From Candidatus Micrarchaeota archaeon (GTDB taxonomy: Archaea > Micrarchaeota > Micrarchaeia > Norongarragalinales > SBBD01): a stretch of DNA of 43,260 bases. Below, in pieces: positions 18,489-27,216 of the stretch. The notes beneath the pieces are model-generated. The model did not search any database. It saw nothing but the letters and a program-made list of their open reading frames with translations, and had not been told where the DNA came from. The DNA is taken from assembly GCA_043813365.1 (NCBI GenBank), contig JBDRLB010000045.1, positions 1 to 43,260 on the forward strand, written 5' to 3'. The stretch's first letter is position 1. Every line of letters begins with the position of its first letter. A program made the position numbers and the translations under genes.

Positions 18489-19136
18489 TTAGAGCTCCTC
18501 CCTGAGCGACGCCTTTATTATGGCGCTTTCGGCCTTCCTTAAATGCTCGCGGAAGGTGCTTTCGTCCACACCTTCCTTTTTTGCAACCTCTTCCAGCGAT
18601 TTCTTCCTTGGGAAATCATAGTACCCTTCGGAAGCCGCTTTTTTAATTGCTGAGAGCTGCTTTCCTGAAAGCCTGCCGAAAACATTGGAGATGAACAGGT
18701 CGATGGGCTGCCCATGAATCCCAAGGACCCGCACTTTCACGCCCTTGATTTTTGAAATATGCTTCGCCAAATCCTTCAGGTGCTTCTTGTCCCAGCTCGC
18801 AATGGTCCAGAATTCGTATCCTCTACGGCCGATTATGGGCTTGATGAACAGCACTTCGGAGTTCATCACCTGCGCATTGAACGCATCCAGACTCTCATGC
18901 TGGTAGAAAACCTGGTTGCCCTCGACGGAACGCACCTTGCTTCCGAAATGCCCCACAATCAGTTTCAAGTATATTTCCTTGTCGGGCCCCTGAACCAGCA
19001 CTACCTTGTTCACGAACGCCTTCCCATCCTTCTTGAAAACGTTCAGGTAGTAGGAGGCAATAGTCACATCATAGTCAGCGCTGCCTGCAACTATGACGGA
19101 TTTTTCACGCTTCAACTTTAACTCTGCTACCCACAT
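18489..19136 (-). CDS. HTH_10 (bacterio-opsin activator-type C-terminal HTH) transcriptional regulator
   Basis: C-terminal LSGKQLSAIKKAASEGYYDFPRKKSLEEVAKKEGVDESTFREHLRKAE, the characteristic GYY.PR...ST..EHLRKAE signature. Confidence 0.92.
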   Translation of the reverse strand: MWVAELKLKREKSVIVAGSADYDVTIASYYLNVFKKDGKAFVNKVVLVQGPDKEIYLKLIVGHFGSKVRSVEGNQVFYQHESLDAFNAQVMNSEVLFIKPIIGRRGYEFWTIASWDKKHLKDLAKHISKIKGVKVRVLGIHGQPIDLFISNVFGRLSGKQLSAIKKAASEGYYDFPRKKSLEEVAKKEGVDESTFREHLRKAESAIIKASLREEL

Positions 19137-19145
19137 AAGGACACA

Positions 19146-19739
19146 CTAGAATTGGTAACCCCGTTCGTGGAGCGCCTTTTCGCATTGCTCAAGCGACTGG
19201 AAATGGATTCCGCCAAGGCCCGCCTTTTTCGCGCCATCGAGATTTTCAGGCTGGTCATCAACCATCACGGCATTTTGCGGGGAAACCCAGATGCGGCGGC
19301 AGATTTCCTTGTAGGCCTGCGCATCAGGCTTCTTCATGCCGATGATGCTGGAGGCGAACTCGAAATCAAAAAGGGAATTCAGGCCCATCCTCCTCGAGAA
19401 TGGCTCGTGCGCCTCCCAGTTGTTGTTCGTGAATAGCACTACTTTGTTGTTTTTCTTCAGCCGGTTTATGAGCTGGCGCATTCCTCTCCGTTCATGCAGA
19501 ACTCCCTTGTAATAATCATCTGCCGTTCCAGCAGAAACAACTCCGACGAAATCGAGAATCACCGCCTTTCGGAAAAAGAGGAGCTTGAAATAGGGGTAGA
19601 TGAAGAGTGAAACAAGGTAGGAAATGAGGAGCCAGAGAGCGATTGTGTTCAAATTATCGAAGGGCGCCTCGAAAGTAAACAATGCCGCCACGAAAATGAT
19701 TGCAGTCATCACTCCCGTCCAGTAGTCGCTTCGGAACAT
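19146..19739 (-). CDS. HAD-superfamily phosphatase (IA-type) with two N-terminal TM helices
   Basis: Motifs ILDFVGV, LFTNN, GMKKPD, MVDD..ENL.GA...G. The first ~55 aa are hydrophobic. Confidence 0.85.
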   Translation of the reverse strand: MFRSDYWTGVMTAIIFVAALFTFEAPFDNLNTIALWLLISYLVSLFIYPYFKLLFFRKAVILDFVGVVSAGTADDYYKGVLHERRGMRQLINRLKKNNKVVLFTNNNWEAHEPFSRRMGLNSLFDFEFASSIIGMKKPDAQAYKEICRRIWVSPQNAVMVDDQPENLDGAKKAGLGGIHFQSLEQCEKALHERGYQF

Positions 19740-19818
19740 ATGGGAAAAGGATGGTTTTTTGTGAATAAAAAGATTGGGATTGGAGGAATGGGTGGGCGAA
19801 GGCGGATATGTGAATAGG

Positions 19819-20781
19819 CTAGATTGTGGTAATCGGCCGGCTTTGGACTATGTAGATTTTACCCGCTTCCACCGCGTACTCGATGTCCTGCGGCTTTCCG
19901 TAGTGCTTTTCGATGGAAATGCAAGTTTTTGCGAGGGAAATGATGGATTTGCCATCGAGTTTCTGCTTTGAGCGATTTTCAGCAGGCACAGGAACCTCTT
20001 CTGTTCCCACTTGTTTTCCCTTGATCACTTTCATTATCATTTTTTCCTGCTCATTGACGGAAATGTCGCTCAGGGAAAGGTCTTTCTTTCCAACAACATA
20101 ATTGTCCGGCGTGACTAGGCCGCCAACAACCGCTTCCCCTAATCCGAAAGCGGCCTCAATCACCATCTGGTTAGCATCCTTAGTGACGGGATGCACAGTG
20201 AAGACCACACCGGCAACTTCCGAATTGATCATTTTCTGCACCACAACAGCAACTGATACTTTTTGCGAGGAAAGCTTTTTCTCTATGCGGTAAAAAATTG
20301 CGCGCGGCGTGAAGAGGGAGGACCAGCACATCTTCACCGTGTCCAGCAGATTCGCCCTCTGGATGTTCATGTAGGATTCAAGTTCGCCAGCCCAGCTGGC
20401 TGCTGCGGCGTCCTCGGCAGTTGCTGATGAGCGCACTGCAACAAATTTTGCATCCAGGGAATCGAATTGGGAAAGGATGGCGTTTTCAACATCGGTGCTA
20501 ATCTTCCCTTTGGCAATCGAGGCGCGGATTTCCTTCGATGCGGCGTCAACGGTTTCGGTTTTATTGATGTCAACTGTTTTGAGCATTTTTTCTATTTTTC
20601 CGGAGAGGTTGTTTTCATTTATGAATGTTTCGAATGAATCAACCAGGACGACGAATCCCGGCGGGACAGGAATGCCCGCATTGAACATCTCCCCCAGCTG
20701 AGCTCCCTTGCCGCCTGCGATTGAAACGGATGACTTGCTCAATTTTTGGAACGGCAGCACGTAATTTGGCATTTCATTCAC
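19819..20781 (-). CDS. stand-alone ATP-grasp/nucleotide-binding (PPDK_N) domain of the PEP synthase family
   Basis: Motifs GGKGAQLGEM, VAVRSSATAED, FGLGEAVVGG.VTPD, PQDIEY. Ends at IVQSRPITTI, the domain boundary. No His domain or TIM barrel. Confidence 0.93.
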   Translation of the reverse strand: MNEMPNYVLPFQKLSKSSVSIAGGKGAQLGEMFNAGIPVPPGFVVLVDSFETFINENNLSGKIEKMLKTVDINKTETVDAASKEIRASIAKGKISTDVENAILSQFDSLDAKFVAVRSSATAEDAAAASWAGELESYMNIQRANLLDTVKMCWSSLFTPRAIFYRIEKKLSSQKVSVAVVVQKMINSEVAGVVFTVHPVTKDANQMVIEAAFGLGEAVVGGLVTPDNYVVGKKDLSLSDISVNEQEKMIMKVIKGKQVGTEEVPVPAENRSKQKLDGKSIISLAKTCISIEKHYGKPQDIEYAVEAGKIYIVQSRPITTI

Positions 20782-20792
20782 CCCAAATTTTT

Positions 20793-21725
20793 TCAGGTCT
20801 CGAGGGCAATTTTCCCCTTGGAATACGAGAGCTTCAATTTGAAATCCTCCAGCAGCTTTTTCTGGATTTCCTCATCGGGCAGTTTCTGCTCCTTAATATC
20901 CAGAGCGGCCTTCAAGAGCTCATCGATGTGCTGGAAGTTCTTGTACACATAATCGCCCGCCTTCTGGTAGGAGACTATCTCCTCATCGAATTTCTTTAGG
21001 GCCGTTTGCTGCTGCTGCAAAGTATGCTCCAGGCGCTTTATGGACTTCGGTTCCTGTGAAACGATCTCGTTTTTTTCCTCATCCATCTGCTGCGAAACCG
21101 CATAGTAATATTCGTCAATTGCCTCGCAGATTGTCGGGAACTCCTTTTTCTTGAATGCATCGAATTTTGGGTTTGGGATGGATGAAAAACCGGCAATGCG
21201 TTCGTTGTCATAATAGATTGCGGGCGCTTTTTTCGGTTTTTCTGCAAGCCGGTTCTGGTTCGGGAGTGCAATGTAGGTTTCCAGCTTCTTGATGGCGCGC
21301 TTTCCGGAAATGTCCGATTTGTAGGGCTGCAAAATCGTGTAATCGGCTTTTGTAAAAATGAGGTTGCCCTTTGCGAACATTTCGAAAACAAGGTGGAACT
21401 CCTCCTCTTTCTGCAATGTAAGGACGAGCAGGCGGTCCTCGTTTTCCTGCTTCACTTCGGTTATTTTCGCGTTCTCGAGGTGCTTCCGGAGGAGCATCGT
21501 GTAATTCGTGGGAACATCGGGGGATTCCTCGATGTATTTGGAGAGGTTTGCGCGCAGCCCCAGCTCGACAATGAGGTTGTATTCCTTGTCGCCACGCACC
21601 TTGAACCGGAAAACTTTGGGCCGCAATTCGAAAATCTTGTTCAGGAAGCCGCCAACGAGAACCTGGAGCTCCTCCGCCACGTAATAGTAATCGAGGTTGC
21701 TCATTTTCTGGAGTGCAAGCGGCAT
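20793..21725 (-). CDS. truncated Rqc2/RqcH (NFACT-N plus first coiled coil)
   Basis: MSNLD...EL, P.NY.MLLRKHL, DRLLVL, LVFEMF.KGNLI and EAIDEYY, followed by a coiled coil. Ends near 310 aa. Start moved to ATG 21725. Confidence 0.85.
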   Translation of the reverse strand: MPLALQKMSNLDYYYVAEELQVLVGGFLNKIFELRPKVFRFKVRGDKEYNLIVELGLRANLSKYIEESPDVPTNYTMLLRKHLENAKITEVKQENEDRLLVLTLQKEEEFHLVFEMFAKGNLIFTKADYTILQPYKSDISGKRAIKKLETYIALPNQNRLAEKPKKAPAIYYDNERIAGFSSIPNPKFDAFKKKEFPTICEAIDEYYYAVSQQMDEEKNEIVSQEPKSIKRLEHTLQQQQTALKKFDEEIVSYQKAGDYVYKNFQHIDELLKAALDIKEQKLPDEEIQKKLLEDFKLKLSYSKGKIALET

Positions 21726-21840
21726 GTCATCACGCTGATAAATACCAAAGGCAGGCGAAATATAAACCGAGCAAATATAAACCGGCATTGCTTATTAATC
21801 AGGTGCCTTTCACATGCAAAATCGGGCACAGATCGCAACG

Positions 21841-21879
21841 TTTATATATCTTGCTCAAGTTATATCGTCACCGATATAA
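21841..21879 (+). promoter_or_regulatory. TATA box and palindromic operator upstream of padR
   Basis: TTTATATA at 21841..21848. Perfect inverted repeat TTATATCG-tcac-CGATATAA at 21860..21879, covering the expected start-site region. Confidence 0.7.
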
Positions 21880-21894
21880 TTATGTGGCGATGAT

Positions 21895-22410
21895 ATGGAA
21901 GATCACGGCGCAAAAGGTCTTGTGGAGCTGTTCATACTGAACGAGTGCAGCCACAAGCCGCTTTCGGGCAAGGACCTGATGCAGAAAGCATCGGAATTAT
22001 CCAAGGGCAAATGGGTCCCATCCGCAGGGAGCGTTTATCCCGCGCTTGCAAAAATGGAAAAGGGAGGGTTGGTAAAATCAAGCCTCCGGAAAAAGGGGAA
22101 GGGAAGGCGGGAAATTGCGTACGAACTAACGGCAAAGGGGAAGCATTCGTTCGGCGCGTGCAAGGATAAAATTGAGGAGATGGGCTCGGTGATGGGGGCC
22201 GTCAACCCGATATTCCTGCGCATATTGCAGGACCTTGATGATGAGGAAACGGAAGAGGCGCGCGTGTTTTGGATGAAAATCATTGAATTCCGGAAGCAGC
22301 TGCTTGCAGAGCCCAGGCAGGAAGTGAGGCACAGGCGCCTGGTTAGGATGTTCAGGCTGTTCCAGAAGGAACTTGATGATGCGAAGAAGGAATTAGGGCT
22401 GAGAAAATGA
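21895..22410 (+). CDS. PadR-family transcriptional regulator
   Basis: WVPSAGSVYPALAKMEKGGLV...YELTAKG winged-helix signature. Confidence 0.92.
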   Translation: MEDHGAKGLVELFILNECSHKPLSGKDLMQKASELSKGKWVPSAGSVYPALAKMEKGGLVKSSLRKKGKGRREIAYELTAKGKHSFGACKDKIEEMGSVMGAVNPIFLRILQDLDDEETEEARVFWMKIIEFRKQLLAEPRQEVRHRRLVRMFRLFQKELDDAKKELGLRK

Positions 22411-23147
22411 CTTCCCGTAAAATAGTATTGAAGCTGGACAATGTATGCAAAACCTACGGGGAGGGCGATGTGGCGGTAAAGGCGCTCTGTCATATAAACA
22501 TCGAGCTGAAAGAAGGCGAGGTTGTCGCCATAATGGGGCCCTCGGGAAGCGGGAAAAGCACGATGCTGCACATACTGGGGCTGCTCGACAGGCCGACGGA
22601 AGGGAAATTGTATTTGGACGGCATAGAAACCTCGACATTGACGGATGACGAGCTTGCGGCAATAAGGGGGAAGAAAATAGGCTTCGTGTTCCAGTTCTTC
22701 TTCCTGATTCCCTCATTGACGGTGCTAGAAAACGTGGAGCTTCCGATGATGCTCCTTGGGCTGGATGGGATTGACCGCACAAGAAGGGCGAAGGAGCTCC
22801 TGAAAAAGGTGGGGCTGGAGGACAGGATGCACCATCTGCCTTCCGAACTTTCAGGAGGGCAGCGGCAGAGGACCGCGATTGCAAGGGCGCTTGCCAACGA
22901 CCCCTCAATAATACTCGCGGACGAACCGACTGGGAACCTCGATACAAAAACCGGGAGCGAGATCATGCAGTTATTCGATGATTTGCATAAAAAGGACGGC
23001 CGCACGATCATTTTCGTGACGCACGACCCGGATTTGGTGCAGCATTCGGAGAAGGTCATCCTGCTCCGGGACGGGAAAGTGGAAAAGATCGTAGGGGATG
23101 GGAAAACCCTGCTAACTCATATGGGAAATATTCGTCTTAAAAAATAG
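22407..23147 (+). CDS. ABC transporter ATP-binding protein (LolD/MacB type)
   Basis: Walker A GPSGSGKST, IGFVFQ, LSGGQRQR, LADEPTGNLD and VTHD. Confidence 0.96.
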   Translation: MTSRKIVLKLDNVCKTYGEGDVAVKALCHINIELKEGEVVAIMGPSGSGKSTMLHILGLLDRPTEGKLYLDGIETSTLTDDELAAIRGKKIGFVFQFFFLIPSLTVLENVELPMMLLGLDGIDRTRRAKELLKKVGLEDRMHHLPSELSGGQRQRTAIARALANDPSIILADEPTGNLDTKTGSEIMQLFDDLHKKDGRTIIFVTHDPDLVQHSEKVILLRDGKVEKIVGDGKTLLTHMGNIRLKK

Positions 23148-23158
23148 GTGATAGGGAT

Positions 23159-24709
23159 ATGAACGGAAGGAACATCGGAATCGTTTTTTGCGCATTGCTG
23201 GTTTTGCTGATGCCCCTTGCCAGCGCGGGAGTGCAGGTGGTGAGCTATTCCATTTCACCATCCGTATTGAAGCCGGGAATGAGCGGCACCATAACCATCA
23301 CGTTCAACAACCCCAGCACTACGGAATTCGTGACGGACGCTTACCTCTCTGGCTCTGCATCGGGCATACAGTTCACTTCGGGGAATCGGATCGGCGATCT
23401 GGGCGCATTGGGAACAACGCTTGTTTCCGTGCCATTCAATGTTCAATCAAGTGCGACTCCGGGAATGGTTTCGGCCACGCTGACATTAGGGTATACGAGC
23501 AGCTTGAGTGGCGCAAGCAATTCCAAAGTATTTTCAGTGCCGATAACCATCGCTGCTACAACCCTGCTGAAGGTCACGGACGTGCGAATCAGCCAGGAAT
23601 CCGTCAAGCCGGGGGATTCGTTCACTTTGGAAGCAACCATTGAAAATTCAGGAGGCGCAATAAGGAATTCCTACCTTTCATACACCTCTACAGCCGCATT
23701 CACATTTGAAGGCACCACAAAAATCGACGTGGGCGACCTGAACACTGGCGAGAAGAGGAGAATCACCATCCCCATACTTGCGGGGAACAGCATGACCGCA
23801 GGCTATTACTCGGTGCCCTTCGCATTGAACTTCGACGACCCCGTAACAGCGGGAAACAATGAGACGCTTTATTTCGGCCCCATAACAGCGGTAACGGATT
23901 ACGAGATTTTCTCCATAACCGCGCAGACCGAGGATGCAACCCCGGGCGGAAAGGGAATATTCAGGATCATTGTGAAGAATACGGGCACATTCGATTTAAG
24001 GAACTTCAAAATCGGCCTGCAAAGCGCGACGTTCTTCACCCCGCTCGACTTCACCGAGAAGACCATAGACCTGATCAGGGTAGGGGACACGAGGCAGGTG
24101 GAATTCGAAGTGGGAATTGGAACCAATATCGTCGCTCAAGTATACCCGCTCCCCCTAACAATAACCTACCAGACGAAAAGCGGCAGCCAGACCGTCACAA
24201 AATCGGTCGGAGTTAGAATCGGGGGCGCACCGGACTTATCCTTATATATCAGCTCCAATCCGGCCGTAATCACGAACGACAACAAGCCGTATTCGATATC
24301 CATTCAGGTATCAAATACGGGCAACACGCCTGTAAGGGCGCTTGCTGTGAAGGCAAACTCGAAAGAGCTCGAAATTCTGAGCCCCAAGGATGCGTTCATC
24401 GGCACGCTGAGCCTCGACGATTACAGCACGGTGCAATACGATGCGGTCATCAAAAAAGGGGTTGCCCCGGGGCATTACAACATTGAGATTGAGCTCTCAT
24501 ACAAGGACTCCTACAACCAGCCGCACCTCGAGAAGAAGATGGTCGGATTCCAGATATTCTCGCAGGAGCTGGCATTGGTGGCAAGCAAGCAGAGCGGGAA
24601 CAACCCGTTGGTAATGGTGGTGGTCGTAATAATCGTTGGAGTCGCGGCATACTTCATTTACAAGCGCTTCTTCAAGAGCAAAATGAGCCAGACGCTCAAG
24701 CTGAAGTAG
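23159..24709 (+). CDS. secreted beta-rich S-layer-family (COG1361-like) protein with C-terminal membrane anchor
   Basis: Signal peptide, repeated 'N.G...' Ig-like beta units, and a C-terminal TM followed by a basic tail. This position between ABC ATPase and permeases is typical in archaea. Confidence 0.8.
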   Translation: MNGRNIGIVFCALLVLLMPLASAGVQVVSYSISPSVLKPGMSGTITITFNNPSTTEFVTDAYLSGSASGIQFTSGNRIGDLGALGTTLVSVPFNVQSSATPGMVSATLTLGYTSSLSGASNSKVFSVPITIAATTLLKVTDVRISQESVKPGDSFTLEATIENSGGAIRNSYLSYTSTAAFTFEGTTKIDVGDLNTGEKRRITIPILAGNSMTAGYYSVPFALNFDDPVTAGNNETLYFGPITAVTDYEIFSITAQTEDATPGGKGIFRIIVKNTGTFDLRNFKIGLQSATFFTPLDFTEKTIDLIRVGDTRQVEFEVGIGTNIVAQVYPLPLTITYQTKSGSQTVTKSVGVRIGGAPDLSLYISSNPAVITNDNKPYSISIQVSNTGNTPVRALAVKANSKELEILSPKDAFIGTLSLDDYSTVQYDAVIKKGVAPGHYNIEIELSYKDSYNQPHLEKKMVGFQIFSQELALVASKQSGNNPLVMVVVVIIVGVAAYFIYKRFFKSKMSQTLKLK

Positions 24710-24729
24710 CCCAATTTCAGGGAATTGCC

Positions 24730-25935
24730 ATGACGTCGGACATTGACTTACTGGGGTATGCATTCGACAATATGCAGCATCGTCATCTGAGGAGCTGGCT
24801 CACCATAGTCGGGATAATAATCGGCATCGCATCCATCGTGCTGCTGGTATCCATCGGGCAGGGGCTGGATAAGGAAATAAAAAGCCAGCTCAGTTCCATC
24901 GGGACATCGTACGTCATCATCCTTCCCGGCAGCCCCAATTCGGAAGGGACGCAGTTCGGCCCCCCCACTTTCCGAGGGGCGCTATACCAGAATGATGCGG
25001 ACAGCATCCGCCGGCTTCCGGGAGTGAAATCAGTGTCATCTGCGGTTGTGATCGGCGTTGCCAATCTCGAGTACAAGGGCGAGCGTGCTGGCACCGTCGT
25101 TGTTGGGGCGGAGCCGTATGCGATGGATGATTTCCTTTCCATCGGATTCGAGAAGGGGAGGTTCATAGAGGAAGGCGACCAGGGCGGCGCGGTCATAGGG
25201 AATACCGTTGCTAAGACATTGTTCCCGGATGAAGTGGATTATGGGAAAACATTCAAAATTAATGGGAGGGACTTCCGCGTCAAGGGCATCCTCAATAAGG
25301 GAGGGACGTTCAGCCCCTATGACAGCTTCGTTTTCATTGACATGGGGGTTGCGCGCGAAATCGGCAAAACAGTGGGAAGCAAGCGGATAGACCGGCTATT
25401 CGTTATCGCCAACTCCGCGGAAGAAGTCGCCAATGTGGAAAAAATGGTGACGCAGGAAATCGCCAAGCGGCACAAGGTATCGGTTGAAAACAGGGATTTC
25501 CAGACGCAGACAGCGCAAAGCATTTCGGATTCGGTGAGCCAGATAACAGGCATCCTTTCGGTATTTTTGGGCCTTATTGCAAGCATTTCGCTGATCGTTG
25601 GGATGGTCGGGATCGCGAATGCAATGTTCACATCCGTGCTTGAAAGGACGCGGGAAATCGGGATTTTGAAGGCAGTTGGGGCAACGCAGGCAGCAATCAC
25701 GAAAATTTTCCTTTACGAGGCAGGGCTCATTGGCATGGCCGGCGGCATATTGGGGGCGGCAATAGGCGCGGGGCTGTCCATCCTGCTTTCGAAGTTCGGC
25801 GTGCCTTCATCAATAAGCTTTGAATTCATCGGGCTATGCATCTTCCTTTCATTCCTAGTAGGGCTCGGATCGGGCTTCTTCCCGTCGAGGGATGCGGCTC
25901 GCATGCAGCCTATTGAGGCATTGAGGTATGAGTGA
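24730..25935 (+). CDS. ABC transporter permease (MacB/FtsX family)
   Basis: RSWLTIVGIIIGIAS, GIANAMFTSVLERTREIGILKAVGA and PIEALRYE. Confidence 0.95.
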   Translation: MTSDIDLLGYAFDNMQHRHLRSWLTIVGIIIGIASIVLLVSIGQGLDKEIKSQLSSIGTSYVIILPGSPNSEGTQFGPPTFRGALYQNDADSIRRLPGVKSVSSAVVIGVANLEYKGERAGTVVVGAEPYAMDDFLSIGFEKGRFIEEGDQGGAVIGNTVAKTLFPDEVDYGKTFKINGRDFRVKGILNKGGTFSPYDSFVFIDMGVAREIGKTVGSKRIDRLFVIANSAEEVANVEKMVTQEIAKRHKVSVENRDFQTQTAQSISDSVSQITGILSVFLGLIASISLIVGMVGIANAMFTSVLERTREIGILKAVGATQAAITKIFLYEAGLIGMAGGILGAAIGAGLSILLSKFGVPSSISFEFIGLCIFLSFLVGLGSGFFPSRDAARMQPIEALRYE

Positions 25936-25947
25936 GGTCTGGCGTTT

Positions 25948-27141
25948 ATGGTATCCCTTAAGGAAACGGTGAATTACGCGGTCAGGGGGCTGCGCTACAG
26001 GAAATTGAGGAGCGTGCTGACCATACTCGGGGTTGTGATCGGGATAGCAGCAATAGTGATTTTGATCGCGCTCGCACAGGGGCTTGACAAGGCCGTAAGG
26101 GACGAGATTACGGGCATGGGCACCAATTTCATCCAGGTGATGCCCGGGAAGAGCACGGGACTGACAAGCTTCTTCTCGCAGAGCGGCGCGCTTTACCAGA
26201 AGGATGCAGACTCGATCAGGGGGCTCCCCGGCATCGAAGGCGTTACAGCCATTGTCACTCCGGGGTTTGCGACCCTGACATACAGGAACAGCACGCTTAC
26301 ATCCATTATCGCGGGGATTGAGCCAGACGAGGTAAAAAACTATTACAAGAAATTCGGCATGGAAGCAGGTGAATTCCTCAAGGACTCCGACCATAACGGG
26401 ATCGTTTTCGGGAACTCGATTGCAAAAACGGGCTTCAAGGACGAGGTGCAGGTAGGGAAAATCGTCTATGTGAACGACGTGCCCTTCAAGGTGAAAGGCA
26501 TCATCAATCCCTCTGCGGGGGTCGATTCCGACATCTATATTGACGTGCATGCGGCAAAGCAGTTCATTTCGGATACGGAGGACGAGAACAGGATTTATTC
26601 AATCTTCATAATAACGAAGGAGGGATGGGAAGTTGCGCCAATTGCGAAGCAGATAGAGAAAATCATCGCGAACAACCACCGCGTCAAAATCGAGGACAAG
26701 GATTTCCAGCTCATGACTGCGGACAGCATACTTGAATCAGTTGGGGTGATATTCGGGCTGCTTTCGGTTTTCCTGGGGATGGTCGCAGGCATCGCCCTTC
26801 TCGTAGGCAGCATCGGCATAGCAAATTCAATGTTCACTTCCGTCCTCGAGCGCACCCGGGAGATAGGGATCCTCAAGGCGGTTGGTGCAAGCGAAGGGAC
26901 CATCACAGGGATGTTCCTCGTGGAGGCGGCAATGCTGGGCGCATTCGGGGGCATTATCGGCGTGGCATTCGGTTTTTTGGTAACCGAACTGCTGAAGGCG
27001 TTTGGCGCGCCCCTTTCCGTTTCAATCGAATTGGTCGTATTTTCAATCCTCATTTCGCTCATAGTTGGGGTCATCTCGGGTTATTTCCCGGCAAGGCATG
27101 CGGCCCAATTGCAGCCTGTGGAGGCGCTCAGGTACGAATGA
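25948..27141 (+). CDS. ABC transporter permease (MacB/FtsX family), second paralog
   Basis: RSVLTILGVVIGIAA, SVLERTREIGILKAVGA and PVEALRYE. Confidence 0.95.
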   Translation: MVSLKETVNYAVRGLRYRKLRSVLTILGVVIGIAAIVILIALAQGLDKAVRDEITGMGTNFIQVMPGKSTGLTSFFSQSGALYQKDADSIRGLPGIEGVTAIVTPGFATLTYRNSTLTSIIAGIEPDEVKNYYKKFGMEAGEFLKDSDHNGIVFGNSIAKTGFKDEVQVGKIVYVNDVPFKVKGIINPSAGVDSDIYIDVHAAKQFISDTEDENRIYSIFIITKEGWEVAPIAKQIEKIIANNHRVKIEDKDFQLMTADSILESVGVIFGLLSVFLGMVAGIALLVGSIGIANSMFTSVLERTREIGILKAVGASEGTITGMFLVEAAMLGAFGGIIGVAFGFLVTELLKAFGAPLSVSIELVVFSILISLIVGVISGYFPARHAAQLQPVEALRYE

Positions 27142-27216
27142 GGGCTTTGATAAACCACGGGCTTATTTTCGATAATATTGACGTTTGGATGCGAAAATGT
27201 TGTGGGAGTGGACAAT

